A stretch of 64,000 bases of DNA from Gammaproteobacteria bacterium (GCA_026707445.1 JAPOWV010000004.1:10170-74169), one strand, 5' to 3'. Shown: positions 19,706-29,920, counted from the first letter of the stretch. Translations and numbers: made by a program. Notes: generated by a model from the letters alone, not told the origin.

Positions 19706-20476
19706 CTATTCTGTCTTTGAGCCGCGCAGCCGCGCGATGGCGGACACGGCCATGGCGTAGGCGAGCACGGACATGATGGGAAAAACGCTGGCGAACGCGA
19801 TCAGGCCGAACCCGTCGATCAGGGGGCTTCGACCGGGCACCGAGGCGGCCAGTCCGAGTCCCAGCGCGGCCAGCACCGGTACCGTCACGGTTGATGTGGT
19901 GACGCCGCCGCTGTCGTATGCCAGCGGGATGATGTTTCGGCCGGAACGAAAGGTCTGCACGATGACGACGGCGTAGGCCGCGATGATGTACCAGGGCAGG
20001 GGCGTGCCGGTCACGATCCGCAGGCACCCCAGCGCCACGCCCACGGCCACTCCCAATGCCACGGCGAACCGCAGCCCGTTGGCGGCTATCGAGCCTCCGG
20101 AAACGTCCTCCGCCTTCAGTGATACGGCGATCAGCGAAGGTTCCGCCACGGTTGTGGCGAAACCGATTGCCGCGGCGAACGCGTAGACCACGAGGTAGTC
20201 GTCCCAGCGGACCACGGCGGATTCCGCGCCCTCGAGCGCGGCGGACGTGAGTTGCACCGCCATGGTTTCCCCGATCGGGAACAGCGCTTCCTGCAGGCCC
20301 ACGAGAAACAGCGTGAGGCCCAGCAAGACAAACACAAAGCCCAGCGCGATCCGGCCCGGATTCGGCGCCGGCCGCCGCAACACCGCCGCCTGGAACAGAA
20401 ACAGAATGGCGACGATGGGCGCCACGTCCAACAGGGTGCCGAGCCCGGTTTGCAGCAGTATCGTCACGAATTCCAT
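19706..20476 (-). CDS. DUF1538-family integral membrane protein
   Basis: Polytopic hydrophobic protein, paralogous to the upstream gene (shared ..[24 protein letters not shown]...[15 protein letters not shown]). ATG overlaps the upstream stop (TAATG). Confidence 0.75.
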   Translation of the reverse strand: MEFVTILLQTGLGTLLDVAPIVAILFLFQAAVLRRPAPNPGRIALGFVFVLLGLTLFLVGLQEALFPIGETMAVQLTSAALEGAESAVVRWDDYLVVYAFAAAIGFATTVAEPSLIAVSLKAEDVSGGSIAANGLRFAVALGVAVGVALGCLRIVTGTPLPWYIIAAYAVVIVQTFRSGRNIIPLAYDSGGVTTSTVTVPVLAALGLGLAASVPGRSPLIDGFGLIAFASVFPIMSVLAYAMAVSAIARLRGSKTE

Positions 20477-21225
20477 TACGGCACCATGCCGTACGCGAGC
20501 ACGAAAATCATCGGTGTGAGACTGGCGAACGCGATCAGGCCGAAACCGTCCAGCATCGGATCACGGCCCTTGATCGAAGATGCCAGTCCCACGCCAAGCG
20601 CCGTGACCAGCGGGACCGTGATCGTGCTCGTGGTCACGCCGCCCGAGTCGTACGCCACGCCGATAATCTCATCCGGTGCGAACAGCGTCATGAGCGTGAC
20701 CAGCACGTAACCTCCGATGATCAGGTAGTGCAGCGGCCATCCCATGAGAATGCGCAGCACGCCCAGCACGATCGCGAGGCCCACGGAAAAGGCGACTACC
20801 ATGCGCAGTCGAAAGGCGTACGTGTTGCGCGCTTCCTCGCTTCCGGCGATCGCGCCGGCCTCGGCCGCTACCTCTGCGGCCTTGTCGCCCACTGCAATAA
20901 GGGCCGGTTCCGCCACCGTGGTCCCGAAGCCGAGGCAGAAGGCAAAAGCCAGGAGCGCGGCCGCGCTGCCCTTGTGAGCGAACGCGCGGGCAATCGCTTC
21001 TCCCAACGGGAACAGTCCCAGTTCCAGCCCCTGAACGAAAAGCGCCAACCCCAACACGACGCAAACGAGCCCCAGCGCCACGCCGGCCAGATCGGGAAAC
21101 GGCTGCCGGATCACGGCGACCTGGAAAAAGGCGATCACGAGGATGATGGGCGCCAGGTCGCGCAATGCATCGGCGAGCCGCCGCCAGAGCGCCGTTAGTG
21201 TCGTGCCAAGCCGATAACGTCGCAT
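20476..21225 (-). CDS. DUF1538-family integral membrane protein
   Basis: Paralog of 19706-20476 ([55 protein letters not shown]). Confidence 0.75.
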   Translation of the reverse strand: MRRYRLGTTLTALWRRLADALRDLAPIILVIAFFQVAVIRQPFPDLAGVALGLVCVVLGLALFVQGLELGLFPLGEAIARAFAHKGSAAALLAFAFCLGFGTTVAEPALIAVGDKAAEVAAEAGAIAGSEEARNTYAFRLRMVVAFSVGLAIVLGVLRILMGWPLHYLIIGGYVLVTLMTLFAPDEIIGVAYDSGGVTTSTITVPLVTALGVGLASSIKGRDPMLDGFGLIAFASLTPMIFVLAYGMVP

Positions 21226-21302
21226 CCTTCAACGCCGCCCTTTTGAAGCCCCGATCTTTGCAAACGCCCTGGTGGTGGCGGCGCCGGCTATGAGCAAGCC
21301 GC

Positions 21303-22736
21303 TCAGCCCATCTTCATCGTTTCGAAGAACGCCTTGTTGCGCTTGGTGTCGCGCATCTTGTCGATCAGGAATTCGGCGGCCGCAAGTTCGTCCATGGGAT
21401 GCAGGAGCTTGCGCAGCACCCAGATCTTCTGGATTTCGTCGTCTGCGGTAATCAGGTCTTCGCGCCGCGTGCCGGAGCGGTTGATGTTGATGGCGGGGAA
21501 GACGCGCTTCTCGGAAATCCGCCGGTCCAGGTGAATCTCCGAGTTGCCGGTGCCCTTGAATTCCTCGTAAATCACCTCGTCCATCTTCGAGCCGGTGTCC
21601 ACGAGCGCCGTGGCGAGAATGGTGAGGCTGCCGCCTTCCTCGATCTTGCGCGCTGCGCCGAAAAAACGCTTGGGACGCTGCAGGGCGGTGGCTTCGACAC
21701 CGCCGGAGAGCACCCGGCCGGATGAAGGCGTGACCGTGTTGTAGGCGCGCGCCAGCCTCGTAATCGAGTCCAGCAGGATCACGACGTCGCGGCGGTGTTC
21801 GGCCAGCCGGCGGGCCTTGTGCAGGACCATCTCGGCTACCTGCACGTGCCGCGTGGCCGGTTCGTCGAAGGTGCTGGACACCACTTCGCCGCGCACCGTG
21901 CGCTGCATTTCCGTTACTTCCTCCGGACGCTCGTCGATCAGCAGGACGATCAGAAAGGTTTCCGGATAGTTCGCCGCAATCGACTGGGCGATGTTCTGCA
22001 GCAACATGGTCTTTCCGGCCTTGGGCGGCGAAACGATCAGCCCGCGCTGTCCCTTGCCCACGGGAGCGGCCATGTCGATTATGCGCGAGGTCAGGTCCTC
22101 CGTGCTGCCGTTGCCCTGTTCGAGCGTGTAGCGTTCCTGCGGAAACAGCGGCGTGAGGTTTTCGAAAAGCACCTTGCCCTGGGAATTTGCCGGCGCTTCG
22201 AAATTGATCTTGTGCACTTTCAGGAGTGCGAAGTAGCGTTCGTTATCCAGCGGCGGCCGCACCAATGCCGCCAGCGTGTCTCCGGTACGCAAGTTGAATC
22301 GGCGGATCTGCCCAGGCGCCACATAGATGTCGTCCGGCCCCGCAAGGTATGACTCGTCGGCCGAACGCAGGAAGCCGAAACCGTCCTGGAGTATTTCCAG
22401 AACGCCTTCGGCGTAGATGGACGCGCCCTCGTTGGCATGTGCCTTGAGGACCGAAAAGATGATGTCCTGCTTGCGGGCCCGGGACAGGCTTTCCAGCCCC
22501 AGTTCGCGTCCCTGCTCCAGCACCTTGGCGACCGGCAGCTTCTTGAACTCGCCCAGCTTGAGCACATGGCCCAGCTTTTCCAGTTGCTCGTCGGTGATCG
22601 TTTCCTCGACCGTGAAGACGCCCACGTCGTCGTGCTGGCGCCCATCCCGGCGTCGGCCTCGCGGTGCAGCGTTGGGGTTGCGGGGTCGCGGCCGTCGGCC
22701 ACGCTGTCTTCCCGGGTTTCCGGCGTAATTTCTCAC
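21303..22736 (-). CDS. rho: Transcription termination factor Rho
   Basis: [29 protein letters not shown] (RNA-binding domain), Walker [17 protein letters not shown], ..[22 protein letters not shown]. The listed start is a GTG overlapping the trxA stop and adds an Arg-rich ~40-aa extension. An alternative GTG is at 22625. Confidence 0.95.
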   Translation of the reverse strand: MRNYAGNPGRQRGRRPRPRNPNAAPRGRRRDGRQHDDVGVFTVEETITDEQLEKLGHVLKLGEFKKLPVAKVLEQGRELGLESLSRARKQDIIFSVLKAHANEGASIYAEGVLEILQDGFGFLRSADESYLAGPDDIYVAPGQIRRFNLRTGDTLAALVRPPLDNERYFALLKVHKINFEAPANSQGKVLFENLTPLFPQERYTLEQGNGSTEDLTSRIIDMAAPVGKGQRGLIVSPPKAGKTMLLQNIAQSIAANYPETFLIVLLIDERPEEVTEMQRTVRGEVVSSTFDEPATRHVQVAEMVLHKARRLAEHRRDVVILLDSITRLARAYNTVTPSSGRVLSGGVEATALQRPKRFFGAARKIEEGGSLTILATALVDTGSKMDEVIYEEFKGTGNSEIHLDRRISEKRVFPAININRSGTRREDLITADDEIQKIWVLRKLLHPMDELAAAEFLIDKMRDTKRNKAFFETMKMG

Positions 22737-23053
22737 AGTTTTTCTTCCAGCATCCTCGTGATCTGTTGCCGGGGCTGCGCCCCGACAACCTGCATTTCCA
22801 CCTGCCCGTTCTTGAACAGGATGAGCGTGGGAATGCTGCGGACGTTGTATCGGAAGGCGGTTTGCTGGGCCTCATCGACGTTAAGTTTGACGACCTGCAT
22901 ACGCCCTTCGTATTCGTCCGCAATCTGCTCCAGGACCGGCGCGATCATCTTGCAGGGACCGCACCACTCCGCCCAGAAATCAACCAGTACCGGCAATTCA
23001 TTGTTCAGCACGTCGGCCTGGAAACTGTCTTCCGCTACCTGGGTAACGCTCAT
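22733..23053 (-). CDS. trxA: Thioredoxin
   Basis: [18 protein letters not shown] active site; 106 aa; upstream of rho as in enterobacterial synteny. Confidence 0.97.
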   Translation of the reverse strand: MSVTQVAEDSFQADVLNNELPVLVDFWAEWCGPCKMIAPVLEQIADEYEGRMQVVKLNVDEAQQTAFRYNVRSIPTLILFKNGQVEMQVVGAQPRQQITRMLEEKL

Positions 23054-23263
23054 ATCAGGGTCTCCTCAAGAGGCATGTGGAGAAGAAATATATTGACGAA
23101 GCCCCTCGCTTCGCCTGAAAAAATCCTCGGCCCGCGTCGGTAATCTGCGAATGGTTCGAAAACGGCTGCGCCAGCTTGGAAAGGCCACGCGCCCCCGAAC
23201 GATCTCGGGCGTGGCGGTCATTCTACATGAAAAAATGCGCGCCGGGTTGGTTCCGCGACGGGC

Positions 23264-24571
23264 TTGACACTAGTGCCGCACCCGGCTGGACACGGCACTA
23301 AAATACGCAGCGTCCAAAAAGTCCGCACATTGTCCGAAGAAACCGTTTATTTCGACTCGCTGGAGTTGCCGCCGGCCTTGCGCGCGGGAATAAAGCGCGC
23401 CGGCTTCGAGACACTGACCCCGATACAGGCCAAAACCCTGCCGTTGCTGATGGCCGGCCGGGACGTGGCCGGGCAGGCCCAGACCGGCACCGGCAAGACC
23501 GCCGCGTTTCTGCTGGCATTGTTCGACCGGCTGCTCGGAAATCCCTCGCCGAAGCGGAGCAAGATTTCGGCCCCGCGCGCGGTCGTGCTGGCGCCGACAC
23601 GCGAACTGGCGCAACAGATCGAGCGCGACGCGAGCCTGCTCGGAGGCGCCACGGGGCTGAGCATGATGGTGGTGTACGGCGGAGCGGCGTACAAGTCGCA
23701 GCGGGAACGCCTGGGCAGCGGCGTGGACGTGCTGATCGGCACGCCCGGGCGGCTGCTGGATTACTACCGTCAGGGCGTATTTTCCCTGCATGCCGTGGAA
23801 GTGATCGTGATCGACGAGGCGGACCGCATGTACGACCTCGGCTTCATCCGCGACATCCGTTACGTGATGCGCCGCCTGCCGCCGCGCGAAAAGCGCCTGA
23901 GCATGCTGTTTTCCGCCACTTTGGGATACCTGGTCCTGGAGCTGGCGACACAACACCTGAACCACCCGGAAATCGTGCGGATCGAGCCGGACAAGAAGGT
24001 CGTCGACGAAGTGGAGCAATGGCTTTACTACCCGTCCAGCGAGGAAAAGGCGCCGCTTCTGGCCGCGCTGTTGTCGCGCAAGGAGGTGGAGCGCAGCATG
24101 GTCTTCGTCAACACGCGCAGGGAGGCCGACCACCTGGCCCGCTGGCTGGACAAGTGGGCCGGCACCGCGCAGGCGATTTCCGGCGACGTTCCGCAGACGA
24201 AACGCATGCGCATGCTCAAGCGCTTTCACGACGGCGAGCTTCCGGTGCTGGTCGCCACCGACGTCGCGTCCCGGGGCCTTCATGTGCCGGACGTGAGCCA
24301 CGTCTTCAACTACGACCTGCCGCAGAATCCGGAGGACTACGTGCATCGCATAGGGCGCACCGCGCGGGCCGGCGAGATGGGTCACGCGGTGAGTTTTGCC
24401 TGCGAGCACTATGCCTATTCGCTGCCGGAGATCGAGACCTTCATCGGCCACTCGATCGAGCGCATGCCGATCGACCAGGACATGCTGGCGCCGTACATGC
24501 AAGCGCCTTCCCCCAGGGCGTACCGCCGCAAGTCCAAGCGCAAGGGCGGCGGCCGCCCGCGTCGGCGTTAG
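23264..24571 (+). CDS. rhlB: DEAD-box ATP-dependent RNA helicase RhlB
   Basis: Q-motif TPIQAKTLP, AQTGTGKT, VIDEADRM, SAT, HRIGRTARAG, basic C-tail. Divergent from trxA as in E. coli. The true start may be downstream of 23264. Confidence 0.9.
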   Translation: MTLVPHPAGHGTKIRSVQKVRTLSEETVYFDSLELPPALRAGIKRAGFETLTPIQAKTLPLLMAGRDVAGQAQTGTGKTAAFLLALFDRLLGNPSPKRSKISAPRAVVLAPTRELAQQIERDASLLGGATGLSMMVVYGGAAYKSQRERLGSGVDVLIGTPGRLLDYYRQGVFSLHAVEVIVIDEADRMYDLGFIRDIRYVMRRLPPREKRLSMLFSATLGYLVLELATQHLNHPEIVRIEPDKKVVDEVEQWLYYPSSEEKAPLLAALLSRKEVERSMVFVNTRREADHLARWLDKWAGTAQAISGDVPQTKRMRMLKRFHDGELPVLVATDVASRGLHVPDVSHVFNYDLPQNPEDYVHRIGRTARAGEMGHAVSFACEHYAYSLPEIETFIGHSIERMPIDQDMLAPYMQAPSPRAYRRKSKRKGGGRPRRR

Positions 24572-24578
24572 GGCTTTC

Positions 24579-25397
24579 ATGAACCGTGCCGCAGCGCCGG
24601 ACCTGGCCGGCCTGATCGGGCCTGTCACCGGACTGGCCCGGGAAGCCGGCCGCCGCATCCTCGAGCTGTTTCGCTCGGATATGCTGGGCGTGAACTACAA
24701 GCGGGATCGTACGCCGGTCACCAAAGCCGACCATGCCGCGCACGATCACATCGTTGCCGGTCTTGAGCGCCTCACGCCGGGGATCTCGGTGTTGTCGGAG
24801 GAGTCCGGCGCGGAACAGCATGCAAGAGAGCGATCCGGCTGGGACTGGCATTGGCTGGTCGATCCGCTGGACGGCACGCGCGAGTTCATTCGCGGCGGCG
24901 AGGAATTCACCGTGAATATTGCGCTGATCCGCGGTGGGGCGCCGGTACTCGGTGTGGTGGACGCTCCGGCCAAGGGGATCGTGTTCTTCGGTCATGAGGA
25001 CGGCGGCGCTCACTCCTGCACGGCGGATTCCGATACTCCGACGCCGATTTCCGTCCGGCAGCCTCCCGCGGACCCGTTGCGCGTACTTGCCAGCCGCTCG
25101 CATGCCGGCTCGGCGCTGGAGCTCTACGTCGGCGCGCTGGGCTTAACGCACCGGCGGGCCATCTCCAGTTCGCTGAAGTTCTGTCTGATCGCCCGCGGGG
25201 AAGCGGACGTGTATCCGCGCATGTGGCCCATTTCGGAATGGGATACGGCCGCCGGGCAGGCCGTGCTTGAATGCGCGGGCGGCGCCGTGTTCGATTTGCA
25301 GGGCAGGCGGCTGCGTTACGGCAAGGACTCGATCCGCGTTCCGCCGTTCATTGCCTGCGGCGATCCGGCGCACGACTGGCTCGACTACCTTCCGTAG
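24579..25397 (+). CDS. cysQ: 3'(2'),5'-bisphosphate nucleotidase CysQ (inositol monophosphatase family)
   Basis: ATG at 24579 (MNRAAAPDLAGL..). Motifs LSEES, WLVDPLDGTREF and WDTAAGQAVL are typical of CysQ/IMPase. The upstream part of the listed ORF overlaps rhlB and is not coding. Confidence 0.85.
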   Translation: MNRAAAPDLAGLIGPVTGLAREAGRRILELFRSDMLGVNYKRDRTPVTKADHAAHDHIVAGLERLTPGISVLSEESGAEQHARERSGWDWHWLVDPLDGTREFIRGGEEFTVNIALIRGGAPVLGVVDAPAKGIVFFGHEDGGAHSCTADSDTPTPISVRQPPADPLRVLASRSHAGSALELYVGALGLTHRRAISSSLKFCLIARGEADVYPRMWPISEWDTAAGQAVLECAGGAVFDLQGRRLRYGKDSIRVPPFIACGDPAHDWLDYLP

Positions 25398-25411
25398 CCT
25401 TCGCTTCCGGG

Positions 25412-26287
25412 TCAGTCGGCCCAGGCCAGGACGTCGGGGATGTAGCGTTCGGCTTCGGAGAGGTAGGCGGGTGTGAGTTCGTGAAATCCGTGGGTTTTGC
25501 GCCCGACTGCGTGCCAGACGGCGTGACCCGCCTGTTCGGGCATCGCTAGAAAGCGTTGCCAGGGAGCCAGGTACACGGAAGAAAAGACCGCCTCCACGCG
25601 GCTGGGTCCCGGGTCGTTCAGCGCCGGCACGTCCACTACCGTCGTGCCGTATTCGGCCAGCGGTATGGGACGCTCCTCGGGATAGTCCCGCGAGCCCACC
25701 ATCAGCAGCTTGTCGCCGCTGCGCACCCAGCTCAGGTCCAGCACCGCGGGATCGCCGCCGGCTGCCGGCCGTTCGGTAATGTGTCCCTGCGCGTCCGGTT
25801 CCAGAATCATGTGCGAGCCGATCACGTTGGGTTCCACCTGGTTCAACTCGCCGGTAAACGGATTGAGGTATTCCTTGCCGTTGAGAATTTCGCCCGTTTC
25901 GGGATCCTTGAAAACGGTCATCACCTTCGACCAGATCTCATAGCGGTTCTCATCGAGGCGTTCCACGCGCTTGGTCTCGCAGCCCTCGGCGGCAAACAGC
26001 ACGCGCGGGTTCGCGTCCGGCGTCACCGCCACGTAAACGCCGCTCCACCACCAGGGCGAAACGCCGCCGTTCAGGTCCGCGCGCACCCGAACGAAATTGC
26101 GAAACGTGCTTTCGGGGGTGGCGCTCCATGCGTCGCTCAGGTCTTGAGGGGGAGAGGCTTCGTCGAGGGCGGGGACGCCCTCACTCCCGGGAGTGCCGGG
26201 GGCACAAGCTGCCGCCAGGCCGCTCAGCGCAAGGGCCGACACTCCAAGCAGATCCCGCCGGTTCACTTCGCGGTTCGATTCGGGCAT
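25412..26287 (-). CDS. Tat-signal lipoprotein, DUF1838-like hypothetical protein
   Basis: NRRDLLGVSALALSGLAAAC (twin-Arg plus lipobox). Central FKDPETGEILNGKEYLNPFTGE resembles my memory of DUF1838 proteins. Family assignment is tentative. Confidence 0.5.
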   Translation of the reverse strand: MPESNREVNRRDLLGVSALALSGLAAACAPGTPGSEGVPALDEASPPQDLSDAWSATPESTFRNFVRVRADLNGGVSPWWWSGVYVAVTPDANPRVLFAAEGCETKRVERLDENRYEIWSKVMTVFKDPETGEILNGKEYLNPFTGELNQVEPNVIGSHMILEPDAQGHITERPAAGGDPAVLDLSWVRSGDKLLMVGSRDYPEERPIPLAEYGTTVVDVPALNDPGPSRVEAVFSSVYLAPWQRFLAMPEQAGHAVWHAVGRKTHGFHELTPAYLSEAERYIPDVLAWAD

Positions 26288-26344
26288 GGCCGTTTCCTCC
26301 AGATCAATTGGGACTTATAGTAGCGCGACGCGCGGAGAGGCGGT

Positions 26345-27832
26345 ATGCACGAAACAGCGAGATTTCACATCAAGGCGCTTCATGGAATCACCGGATCGGT
26401 GGGCAACCTGGTGTTCTTCGTGTTCGACGTGCTGGTGCTGTTCTATTACCAGCGCGTGCTGGGTTTGTCCGGCGTTCTCACAGGCGTTGCCATACTGGTC
26501 AGCGTGATCGTGGACGCGATCACCGACCCGATTATCGGAGAGTGGTCGGATCGGCTGCGGGCCCGGTTCGGACGCCGCCACACGCTTATGTTCGGCTCGG
26601 TGCTGCCCATGGGGGTTTTCTGCGTGCTGCTTTTCCTGCCCCCTGCGAACCTTCCACAGGCAGGCTTGTTCGCTTGGCTGCTGCTCGCTCTTGTGGGCAT
26701 GCGCGTGATGCTGACTTTCTTCGACGCGCCCGCCGGTGCGGTCACCGCGGAAGTGGCGGCGCGTCCGGCCGATCGGGCCGAAATGGGCATCTACAGGCAA
26801 CTCGCGGGTACCTTGGCCTATCTGGGCGTGGTGTACGTCGCTTTCGGCGTGTTCTTTGCCGCGACCGAGGCGTTTCCCACCGGGCAGGAGAATCCGGAAG
26901 CCTACGCGCCGCTGGGTTTCGTTATTGCCGGTGCGCTGATCCTCTTCATGGTGGTGGCGGCCGCCGGCACCTACCGCCATATTCGCTCCTTCGAGCGGAC
27001 CCTGGCTCCCGCCTCCAAGGCCACTGTAAACGTGCGCGAGACGCTCCTGGCCTGGCTTGAGCTGATTCTCAAGATTCGCAATACCCGCGCCCTCTTCTTC
27101 GGGCTGTTCCTGGCTACCACGATGGGCTCCTGCATCCGGGCATTGAACATCCATTTCGGGACCTACCTGTGGGGCCTCAGGCAGTCGACTGTGGATCTCG
27201 GGTTTCTGCAAATGGGGCAGATGGAGCTTTGGCAGCAGGCGTTTCCGATCGGCATGCTGGCGGCGGTGATCGGCGCACGATTCATCGTCACCCGAACCGA
27301 GCCGAAGTATGTCTATCTCGGCGGCTATTGCATGCTGCTTTCCACGTATGTCCTGCCGCTGTTTCTCACGCTGGCAAACGTGATGCCGGCCTCCGGCAGC
27401 GACCAGCTCGCAATTCTTTTGGCCTCGTTCCATGCTGCCACCGGCGCCGGCGCCGGGCTGATCATGATCTGCTCGGTCGTGATGTTTTCGGAAACCACGG
27501 ACGAGTATTTCTTTGTGAAGAACATATCCCGCACGGCGCTGATCCTTGCGTTGGTTCCGTTTGGGGCCAAGATTGCCAGCGGCATCGGCAAGTCCTTCTC
27601 GGGACTGCTGCTGGACTGGGTCGGTTTTCCGTCAGTGGAATCCGGGGCGGCGGTAACTCCCGATGTGGTCCGTACGCTGGCGCTGTATGCCGGCGTTTTC
27701 TGTTCCGTCGCCGGTCTCGGCGGACTGGCCATGTTCTTTACCTTCCGGCTGACGCGCGACCGTCACAGGGAAATCCTGAGCGGGTTGCGCGAGCGGGAGA
27801 ACCTGGCGCAAGGTACAGCGCCTGCGACGTAG
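26345..27832 (+). CDS. MFS transporter, glycoside-pentoside-hexuronide (GPH) cation symporter family
   Basis: ~12 TM profile. N-terminal LVLFYYQRVLGLSGVLTGVAILVSVIVDAITDPIIGEWSDRLRARFGRRHTLM is the characteristic GPH/MelB-type motif. Confidence 0.8.
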   Translation: MHETARFHIKALHGITGSVGNLVFFVFDVLVLFYYQRVLGLSGVLTGVAILVSVIVDAITDPIIGEWSDRLRARFGRRHTLMFGSVLPMGVFCVLLFLPPANLPQAGLFAWLLLALVGMRVMLTFFDAPAGAVTAEVAARPADRAEMGIYRQLAGTLAYLGVVYVAFGVFFAATEAFPTGQENPEAYAPLGFVIAGALILFMVVAAAGTYRHIRSFERTLAPASKATVNVRETLLAWLELILKIRNTRALFFGLFLATTMGSCIRALNIHFGTYLWGLRQSTVDLGFLQMGQMELWQQAFPIGMLAAVIGARFIVTRTEPKYVYLGGYCMLLSTYVLPLFLTLANVMPASGSDQLAILLASFHAATGAGAGLIMICSVVMFSETTDEYFFVKNISRTALILALVPFGAKIASGIGKSFSGLLLDWVGFPSVESGAAVTPDVVRTLALYAGVFCSVAGLGGLAMFFTFRLTRDRHREILSGLRERENLAQGTAPAT

Positions 27833-27838
27833 ACCGTA

Positions 27839-28648
27839 ATGCCAATACTGACAGACGAGCAGATTCAGGAGGCCGCGAAGCGATTCGACGAGGCCGAACG
27901 GACCAGACGCCAGGTGCGCCCGCTTACTTTCGACTTTCCCGAAATAGACATGGCCGACGCGCACGCTGTGCAGGATGCCTGGGTTGCGATGAAACTCGCT
28001 CGCGGCGCCCGGATTCGCGGGCGCAAGATCGGGCTGACCTCGAAAGCCATGCAACGCGCCATGAATATCGGTGAGCCGGACTATGGGACGCTGCTGGACG
28101 ACATGTTCTTCCACGACGGGGCCGAGATCGAAACGGCGAGCTTTCTCGATCCCCGAGTGGAAGTGGAGATCTCCTTTGTGTTGCAGGATTCCCTGCAAGG
28201 TACGGAGGTGAGCGTGGACCAGGTGCTGGACGCCACCGAAGCTGTCTATCCTTCGCTGGAACTGATCGCGGCGCGAAGCTATCGCATTGATCCGGAGAGC
28301 GGGAAGACCCGTACGGTGGTCGACACCATCGCCGACAACGCGGCGTCAGCGGGGGTCGTGCTGGGCACCCGGGGATTCGATCCACGCGAGGTGGACCTGC
28401 CCTGGTGCGGCGCCGCCCTGTACCGTAACGGCGAAGTGGAGGAAACCGGGCTGGCCGCCGCGGTCATGGGCCACCCGGCCCACGGCGTGTGCTGGCTGGC
28501 GCGCAGGTTCGCCGTGCACGGGATCGCCCTCACGCCGGGCGACGTAATCTTGAGTGGTTCCTTTACCCGGCCGGTGGCGGCCCGCGCCGGTGATTGTTTT
28601 CTGGCAGACTTCGGCCCCCTCGGCCGTATTGGCTGCAGATTTGTATAG
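27839..28648 (+). CDS. hpaH: 2-oxo-hept-4-ene-1,7-dioate hydratase-like (HpaH/HpcG family, FAH fold)
   Basis: Near-collinear with E. coli HpaH: ..AHAVQDAWV..KIGLTSKAMQRAMNIGEPDYGTLLDDMFFHDG..LELIAARS..DTIADNAASAGVVLG..ALYRNGEVEETG..ILSGSFTRPV..CRFV. Confidence 0.85.
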   Translation: MPILTDEQIQEAAKRFDEAERTRRQVRPLTFDFPEIDMADAHAVQDAWVAMKLARGARIRGRKIGLTSKAMQRAMNIGEPDYGTLLDDMFFHDGAEIETASFLDPRVEVEISFVLQDSLQGTEVSVDQVLDATEAVYPSLELIAARSYRIDPESGKTRTVVDTIADNAASAGVVLGTRGFDPREVDLPWCGAALYRNGEVEETGLAAAVMGHPAHGVCWLARRFAVHGIALTPGDVILSGSFTRPVAARAGDCFLADFGPLGRIGCRFV

Positions 28649-28657
28649 GGCAGAACG

Positions 28658-29425
28658 ATGAAATTACCGCAAAACCGGTTCAAGCGCGCGCTGGGTGAAG
28701 ACGGCGTGCAGTATGGCCTGTGGCTCGCCCTTGCATCCCCCGTGGCTGCTGAACTGTGCGCATGCACCGGCTTTGACTGGCTGCTGATCGATGGCGAGCA
28801 CGGGGCCGAAGATTTCCGCTCGGTATATTCGCAAGTGCAGGCGATCGAGGGTACCGGGAGTCAGGCCATCGTAAGGCTTGCGGACGATGACCCGGCCCGG
28901 ATCAAGCGCTATCTGGACATGGGCGTGCAGTCACTGCTGATCCCCATGGTGGACACGGCCGAGCAGGCTGAGAGGCTGGTTGCGGCGGTGCGCTACCCGC
29001 CACGCGGAATGCGCGGGCTGGCCACCTCGATTACCCGCGCATCGCGCTGGACGCAAATCGAGGACTACGCTCGCCAGGCTGACGAGCAGATCTGCCTGAT
29101 TGTGCAAGCGGAAACCGTTACTGCGCTGGACAATCTGAAGGACATCGCCGCCGTGGACGGCGTCGATTCGGTGTTCATCGGACCGTCCGACCTGTCGGCA
29201 TCGATGGGATACCTCGGCCAGCCGGGGCATCCTGAAGTACAGGCCGTCGTAGCCCAGGCCCTGCGCGATATTGCGGCCCTTGGGAAAGCTCCGGGCACGC
29301 TCGCGGGCTCTCCCGAGGAGGCCCGCAGGCACGCGGAGAATGGGGCGAAGTTCCTTGGGATCGGCAGCGACACGGGGCTGCTCGTCAAGGGAACGCAAGG
29401 ATTGCTTTCGTCAGCTCCCCGCTGA
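28658..29425 (+). CDS. hpaI: HpcH/HpaI-family 2-keto-3-deoxy-acid aldolase
   Basis: NRFKRAL..GLWLALASPVAAELCACTGFDWLLIDGEHG, ..VRYPPRGMRG.. and ..VDSVFIGPSDLSASMG match the HpaI/GarL/RhmA family. Confidence 0.85.
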   Translation: MKLPQNRFKRALGEDGVQYGLWLALASPVAAELCACTGFDWLLIDGEHGAEDFRSVYSQVQAIEGTGSQAIVRLADDDPARIKRYLDMGVQSLLIPMVDTAEQAERLVAAVRYPPRGMRGLATSITRASRWTQIEDYARQADEQICLIVQAETVTALDNLKDIAAVDGVDSVFIGPSDLSASMGYLGQPGHPEVQAVVAQALRDIAALGKAPGTLAGSPEEARRHAENGAKFLGIGSDTGLLVKGTQGLLSSAPR

Positions 29426-29920
29426 GATGAATGCCCGGAAGAGGGTCCGGATTTCGTCCAGCGCCTCCGTCAGCGAATGCCCGGCATTCAGCAGGTGCAG
29501 CCGCGCGTGGTTGGCGCGGGCAAAATCGATGCTCCACTCGATCGGAACGATGTCGTCCTGCCAGCCGTGCACGATGAACGCGGGTGCGGTGACGGTTTCT
29601 ACCAGTTCCGGCCAGCCGGGAACGGCCAGGGCGGGCGCCATCAGGAACAGTCCGGCGGCGGGCCGCTGCTGAGCGGCGGCCACGGCCACGTAGCCGCCCA
29701 TACTGCTGCCCACCAGCAGAATTTCCTTGCTTGAATCGCGCATCCGCGCAACCAGTTTCGCGGCCCGATCCGCCGGATCGGGCATTCCCCGGTAGTCGAT
29801 CGAATCCGCTTCAAGGCCGGCATCGCGGGCGTCCCGCGCCAGCGCCGTGATCTTGGTTCCCCACGGGCCGCTCTCCTGGCCGTGGGAAAACAGAACCTCG
29901 CGGCGCTTGCTCACCCGCAC
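29411..29920 (-). CDS. Small alpha/beta-fold esterase (YqiA-like)
   Basis: 169 aa; nucleophile elbow LVGSSMGGYVA; C-terminal ..HGWQDDIVP.. and ..GHSL. Confidence 0.6.
   Translation of the reverse strand: MRVSKRREVLFSHGQESGPWGTKITALARDARDAGLEADSIDYRGMPDPADRAAKLVARMRDSSKEILLVGSSMGGYVAVAAAQQRPAAGLFLMAPALAVPGWPELVETVTAPAFIVHGWQDDIVPIEWSIDFARANHARLHLLNAGHSLTEALDEIRTLFRAFISAGS

Noticed and set aside
23270-24658. 462-aa ORF on the minus strand
   Set aside because: It is antisense to rhlB, whose DEAD-box motifs are unambiguous. The product is Arg/Ala/Gly-rich low-complexity, typical of shadow ORFs in high-GC DNA.
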